From Ignavibacteriales bacterium (lineage in GTDB: Bacteria; Bacteroidota; Ignavibacteria; UBA10030; UBA6906), in NCBI GenBank assembly GCA_037441705.1, contig JBBIRR010000009.1:20110-84109 (forward strand): DNA of 64,000 nt, read 5' to 3'. Position numbers and translations under genes: made by a program. The stretch's first letter is position 1; every line of letters begins with the position of its first letter. Below are positions 59,674 to 64,000 of the stretch, in pieces. The notes under the pieces are model-generated. The model searched no databases, was not told the DNA's origin, and was given only the letters and a program-made list of their open reading frames with translations.

Positions 59674-60711
59674 TCAGTGGAGGGCGCGCTCGCTTGCATA
59701 CCACTCGGCCGGGTAGAAGAACACGGAGTTGCGGCCGGCGCGCTGCGCCTCAAGCAAGGCATGCCGGGCAGTCAACAGCAGATCATCGAGGGTGCTGCCG
59801 TTTTGAGGAAACGTAGCCACGCCGATGCTGACCGTTGTACGAATAGCATTGTTGACGAACGGCGTTCCCTCAACCGCACGGCAGAACCGCTGCGCAAACT
59901 GCACGGCCGAAGCCAGGTCGGTTTTTACCAGCATCGCGATAAACTCATCAAATCCGTATCGCCCGGCGGCGTCAATGCATCGGAGTTCCCCGCGCAGAAG
60001 TCTTGCCATCTCCTTCAGACAGCGCAAAGCGCTTTCATACCCGAAGGTCCCGAGGATGTCCTTGTAGTTATCTACATCCATGATCATCAGCGAGAGATGC
60101 TCGTTGAACGATCGTGCGCCTGTGAGTGCAGCTTCCGCTTTGCGGATGAATGCCGTGTACTTCTCCAGGCCCGTGTCATGATCTATGACATCGAGCCTCA
60201 AGTTCTCATCGTGCAGCCGGGCTTTGTCCACGGCAATGCCGGCCATGTCGGCGAACGCCTGCAGGATGGGAAGGTCATCACACGAAAACGTATGCGGATA
60301 TCTGCCATCAACGTGGAGATAGCCGAGCGTACGATGGTCAACGGCAATCTGCAGACATGCACACACATCAAATTCGTGCTCGAGCCGGATTTCGGCGGCC
60401 ACGAGAGGCTCACGCCGCGCATCGTCGATGAAGATCGGCTTGCCGGTCCACAACATTTCGCCGATCCGCCCGACGGCAAGCGTACGTCGAAATGCCTTGC
60501 AATAGGTGTGCGAGAGACCAACACTGTTCTCGATCCGAAGATACTCCGTCGCCGGATCAATCAAGATCACGGCGCAGGTTTGTGTCCGATACAGACGAAC
60601 GAGGCGGTCTGTAATGAGATGGAGCGCCTGCTCGTATTGATTGGTCGACTTGATGGTATGAACAATCTCTGCGACATAGCGCATCAGCTTCTGTTGGGTC
60701 GTTGCCTCCAT
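59674..60711 (-). CDS. GAF-GGDEF protein with degenerate GFDEF site
   Basis: GAF domain, DVDNYK...FG, GRYGFDEF and TVSIGVA. Confidence 0.85.
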   Translation of the reverse strand: MEATTQQKLMRYVAEIVHTIKSTNQYEQALHLITDRLVRLYRTQTCAVILIDPATEYLRIENSVGLSHTYCKAFRRTLAVGRIGEMLWTGKPIFIDDARREPLVAAEIRLEHEFDVCACLQIAVDHRTLGYLHVDGRYPHTFSCDDLPILQAFADMAGIAVDKARLHDENLRLDVIDHDTGLEKYTAFIRKAEAALTGARSFNEHLSLMIMDVDNYKDILGTFGYESALRCLKEMARLLRGELRCIDAAGRYGFDEFIAMLVKTDLASAVQFAQRFCRAVEGTPFVNNAIRTTVSIGVATFPQNGSTLDDLLLTARHALLEAQRAGRNSVFFYPAEWYASERALH

Positions 60712-60729
60712 GAGAGTCACCCTTTCCAA

Positions 60730-60767
60730 GAAAACGAAACGGCGTTACAATGCATGTGTAACGCCGT
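60730..60767 (-). terminator. Terminator-like hairpin in the 5' leader of the GGDEF gene
   Basis: Perfect 11-bp stem ACGGCGTTACA/TGTAACGCCGT followed by TTCGTTTTC on the minus strand. Confidence 0.55.
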
Positions 60768-60817
60768 GTGTAAGGAACGGCTAACGCTTCTGCTCACGCG
60801 GGAGCGAGCTCAGTGGT

Positions 60818-60846
60818 AATATACGATCGGCTCTACCGCATGTCAA
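60818..60846 (-). promoter_or_regulatory. sigma70 promoter upstream of the GGDEF gene
   Basis: TTGACA, 17 nt, TATATT. Confidence 0.7.
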
Positions 60847-60877
60847 TATTGAAAAATTGAACGGTTGCGATTGGCGG

Positions 60878-61360
60878 CTACGGAAGGAATCGTGCCCGAG
60901 AGTGCGGCGGCGGAAGAGGGCATTCCTCCAACGGAGACGATCCAAACCACCGAAAGCGATTGCGCGCGACCCAGTCGTACACCCGGTCGCGAACAGCTCG
61001 AGGAATCACCGCAAGGAGTGTAAGCGCTTTCCACGCGCCGTTGAGAAGGCGAAAGATCTCCAGCACCGCATCGGACTTCTCGTATACTCGCTCGCGGTCC
61101 GTTCCCATATGCGACACGAGAATAATCGTCTCATCCGTATGCTTCCACAAAGGGGCAAGAGACCGCGCCGTCTCGCCCTGCAGCGCGGCGAACATCAGTC
61201 TCCCCTGACGATCACAGCGCAGAAGGAAGCGCACGATCCCGTTGCACAATGGACAACGTCCATCGTACAGAACAAGATGCATCAGACAACGGTCATCCAG
61301 CAGGCGATCATCCGCCTGCCGAATGCGTTCCTTCCAGTGTAGGTCCTCGTGCGATGTCAT
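60878..61360 (-). CDS. DCC1-like thiol-disulfide oxidoreductase (DUF393)
   Basis: LYDGRCPLCN, FAALQG and RD..Y..VARNRFRWFG. Confidence 0.85.
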   Translation of the reverse strand: MTSHEDLHWKERIRQADDRLLDDRCLMHLVLYDGRCPLCNGIVRFLLRCDRQGRLMFAALQGETARSLAPLWKHTDETIILVSHMGTDRERVYEKSDAVLEIFRLLNGAWKALTLLAVIPRAVRDRVYDWVARNRFRWFGSSPLEECPLPPPHSRARFLP

Positions 61361-63297
61361 TTCAGCAAGTATTCTTTCATGAACAGGACGGTTGCGTAAA
61401 ACTGATAGTCTTGATTCTTCTTCTTGGCAAATCCATGCCCTTCATCTTTCGCCATCAGGAACCAGACGGGCACCGAGTTGTTCTTGAGCGTCGCCACCAT
61501 TTGCTCCGCTTCGCTGGCCGGGACACGAGGATCGTTCATGCCCTGCACGATCATCATCGGGCGTGTGATGCGTGACGCGTTGTTGAGCGGCGCAATCTTC
61601 AAGAGATAGGCTCGCATCGTGGAATCGCGCTCGTCGCCGTATTCCACTCTTCTCAAGTCGCGGCGATAGGCTTCCGTCCGTTCGAGAAACGTGACAAGAT
61701 TGGACATGCCCACAACCGGCAGCGCACACCGAATCTGGTCCGAATAGAACGTCGCAATGGCAAACGACATGTGCCCGCCGTAACTGCCACCCGTCACCAT
61801 AATCCGATCACCATCGAGATCGGGCTGGTGCTTGATCCACTCGAGAAGGGCGCCGATATCCTTATAGGAATCCTCACGCTTCATTCCGTTGTCGAGTTTC
61901 AGAAAGGTCTTGCCATATCCCGACGAGCCTCTGACATTGGGAAAGATGAACGCGACGCCCAGCTCCGTAATGTAGTAATTGGTTCTGCCGAGGAATGCCG
62001 GACGGAACTGCGACTCCGGCCCGCCGTGAATGCTCACAACAACCGGGCGCTTGCCCGTGAACGATGCGGGCGGGCGATACATGAAGCCTGAGATCATCCT
62101 GCCGTCGAACGATTTCCACCGGATGAGCTCCGGCTCGGGGAAGTTCTCCACATTCAATCCTCCCGACTCGCTGAATGTCCAGCGCTCGAGTTTTCCCGTC
62201 TTGGTATCAATCGAAAAAACATCGGTCGAAGAGCGCGCGGAACTCATCGTGAAGCCGATGTGCCTGCCGTTCTTGTGCCAGCCGACTCCGCCGATCACAC
62301 CTACAGGCAGCCGCGGCAGCTTCTCTTCTTTCCCCGTTGCGACGTTCAGCAGATGAAGAACGCTCATTCCATCCTCATTCGTAACAAACACAATGCGCTT
62401 TCCATCTGGCGAGAGATCGAAACTGCTCACATCCCATGCAATGTGCGACGTGAAGAATTTCCACTTCCTTGTTGCAATGTCGAGATAGGCAAGACGCATG
62501 AACTCGTTATCCCGATCCGTCAACGTGAAGATGCCTTTCCCATCTCTGCTGAACACTCCGCCGTCATACGCGATCGGCTCGGCCTCTTTCGGCGTCAGCA
62601 GAGTTTTCTCGCCTGTCTGAACATCGAACACCCAGAGATAGGATTCGTTCACCGACACGAATTCCTCGGCGAGAATTTTCCTGTCGTCGGGCGACCAATC
62701 GAGAACGTTCCACGCCTCGCCCTTATCGAGCTGGGCAAGAAGAGTGTTGGACGTCGGCTCTTCCGGATTGATGAGATAGAAATCCATGTCCTTCCCGTTG
62801 CGCCGGGTGGACCCGTAGGCCATGCGGTCGCCTTTGTGGGACCAAACGCCCAGTGTATTGCGCGACTTCCCGTCGGTCAGGAGCGTCGTCTGACCGGTCG
62901 CCATATCGTAGCGATAATTCTGGAACCATTCGCCCCCGCCGACATCTTTGCGGAAGACGAAGTAGCGCCCGTGCGTTGGTTGGAACGACGCGCCGGCAAC
63001 ACGTTCGGTGAAGAAGGTCAGTTGCGTGCGCGCACCGCCGGGGAATTTCACGAGATGAATCTGCGGCACATCGCCGAAGCGTGTCGAGATCAGCATCTCC
63101 ACTCTGGTTGGATGCCAGCTCGAAAGCGCAGCCGAACGAAACTCCGTGTAGCGACCAACGCCTTCGACAATGGCAGCGGGAATGGGGGGAATGCCGTCAA
63201 CGATGAGGTTGTCCGCGGGAGTCACATCCCCCGCGTGCATTGAAAAGGTTAGAAGAAAAACAAACGCACCGAACAGAATCGTCAGGATGAATTTCAT
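61357..63297 (-). CDS. S9 family serine peptidase with signal peptide
   Basis: Beta-propeller, HGGPE, NVRGSSGYG, GGSYGG, NDPRVP and DEGHGF. Confidence 0.92.
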   Translation of the reverse strand: MKFILTILFGAFVFLLTFSMHAGDVTPADNLIVDGIPPIPAAIVEGVGRYTEFRSAALSSWHPTRVEMLISTRFGDVPQIHLVKFPGGARTQLTFFTERVAGASFQPTHGRYFVFRKDVGGGEWFQNYRYDMATGQTTLLTDGKSRNTLGVWSHKGDRMAYGSTRRNGKDMDFYLINPEEPTSNTLLAQLDKGEAWNVLDWSPDDRKILAEEFVSVNESYLWVFDVQTGEKTLLTPKEAEPIAYDGGVFSRDGKGIFTLTDRDNEFMRLAYLDIATRKWKFFTSHIAWDVSSFDLSPDGKRIVFVTNEDGMSVLHLLNVATGKEEKLPRLPVGVIGGVGWHKNGRHIGFTMSSARSSTDVFSIDTKTGKLERWTFSESGGLNVENFPEPELIRWKSFDGRMISGFMYRPPASFTGKRPVVVSIHGGPESQFRPAFLGRTNYYITELGVAFIFPNVRGSSGYGKTFLKLDNGMKREDSYKDIGALLEWIKHQPDLDGDRIMVTGGSYGGHMSFAIATFYSDQIRCALPVVGMSNLVTFLERTEAYRRDLRRVEYGDERDSTMRAYLLKIAPLNNASRITRPMMIVQGMNDPRVPASEAEQMVATLKNNSVPVWFLMAKDEGHGFAKKKNQDYQFYATVLFMKEYLLK

Positions 63298-63409
63298 GTT
63301 ATCCTCGAGAAAATGGTGGATGGTGTCAGAGAACCGCTCGTTCTAATATACACCCTGGGTGGGAGAGGTGAAAGTGTTGGGCGACTTCTCTTCTGCTCGC
63401 GCGGTCGCG

Positions 63410-63496
63410 AGGTTTGGGGTTTGAGGTTTGAGATTTGAGGTTCAAGGTTCGGGGTTCAGGGTTCAGGATGAGGGATGCAGGATGCAGGATTCACGG
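63410..63496. repeat. Tandem degenerate heptamer repeat
   Basis: aggtttg gggtttg aggtttg agatttg aggttca aggttcg gggttca gggttca ggatg... ggatgca ggatgca. Confidence 0.75.
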
Positions 63497-63502
63497 ACCG
63501 GA

Positions 63503-63730
63503 ACATAACCAGGTCGCCCCAATGGGGCTTGCGCGATGTCTTTGCCGTTGAGTTCTACAGCCAGTACCGCTCCTACGGAGCGGATGCTTAAATCAACACT
63601 CGTGCTACTCGTCGTGAGGGCGAGCTGTTGCCAGGCGTGTGCAACCAACGTGAGTCCCGTAGGGACGACCTGTTTGTAGCAGTGACAATGCCTAAAAGAA
63701 CGTAAGCCCCGTAGGGGCGACCTGTATCGC
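63503..63730. repeat. REP-like palindromes in inverted arrangement
   Basis: aggtcgccccaatggggct and cgctcctacggagcg face gtcccgtagggacgacctg and agccccgtaggggcgacctg. Confidence 0.7.
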
Positions 63731-63784
63731 CTCGCCACGTTGACACTCCGTTTCGCGTTTCTCTTCTGATCACCAGGTTTTCAT

Positions 63785-64000
63785 TCCGTCGCTACGCGAC
63801 GGGTGTGATGATGCGTATGATTGGTATCCCGACCTTGAAAGGTCGGGCTATCGTCGTGAGGTCACTACGTGACCCACGAGTGCGCACCGTGGAGATTGCA
63901 CTGGCCAACACTGTCATGCTGAGCGCTGCTTTCCAAGCGCGAAGCATCCACCCTTCGACTCCGTCCCGCCTGAAAGGCGGCGGGACTGCGCTCAGGGTGA
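63785..64000. repeat. Further REP-like hairpins of two other types
   Basis: ccgtcgctacgcgacgg, cccgaccttgaaaggtcggg and gtcactacgtgac; tgtcatgctgagcg...cccttcgactccg[tcccgcc..ggcggga]cgctcagggtga. Confidence 0.65.

Noticed and set aside
63463-63773. Short ORFs in the terminal repeat patch
   Set aside because: These are translations of palindromic repeats with no coding signal.

Overview
Bacterial chromosomal window of moderately high GC. Gene content (folP-cdaA, bshA, SUF layout) suggests the Ignavibacteria/Bacteroidota-Chlorobi group; this is inference. (1) 1-25912, minus strand: a co-oriented cluster encoding the ATP-dependent anaerobic benzoyl-CoA pathway (BcrCBAD, Dch, Had, Oah, thiolase, FadB-like, SDR). 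It also encodes 4-hydroxybenzoyl-CoA reductase (fused HcrC-HcrA, HcrB, MocA, XdhC), IorAB and a MarR regulator. Interleaved with these is a complete LeuA/B/C/D-type 2-oxoacid chain-elongation module. This hybrid is the most interesting system here and could be biosynthetic or ferredoxin-regenerating rather than plainly catabolic. Nine spacers of the cluster carry a degenerate 7-nt-periodic palindromic repeat, and an HNH nuclease gene splits bcrC from bcrB. (2) 26-32 kb: housekeeping genes (miaA, pcm, cdaA, folP), an unannotated 33-aa basic ORF, a Tat-signal SOD with two starts and a PuuD-like gene. (3) 32.6-41.9 kb: Rrf2-iscS-SUF Fe-S operon with an inserted VapBC pair. (4) 42-49 kb, plus strand: ABC/secreted-protein cluster. 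(5) 49-63 kb: hbd, ackA, yigZ, bshA, mnmA, signalling genes and an S9 peptidase. (6) 63.4-64 kb: a patch of REP-like repeats. No rRNA, tRNA, CRISPR array or transposase was recognised.
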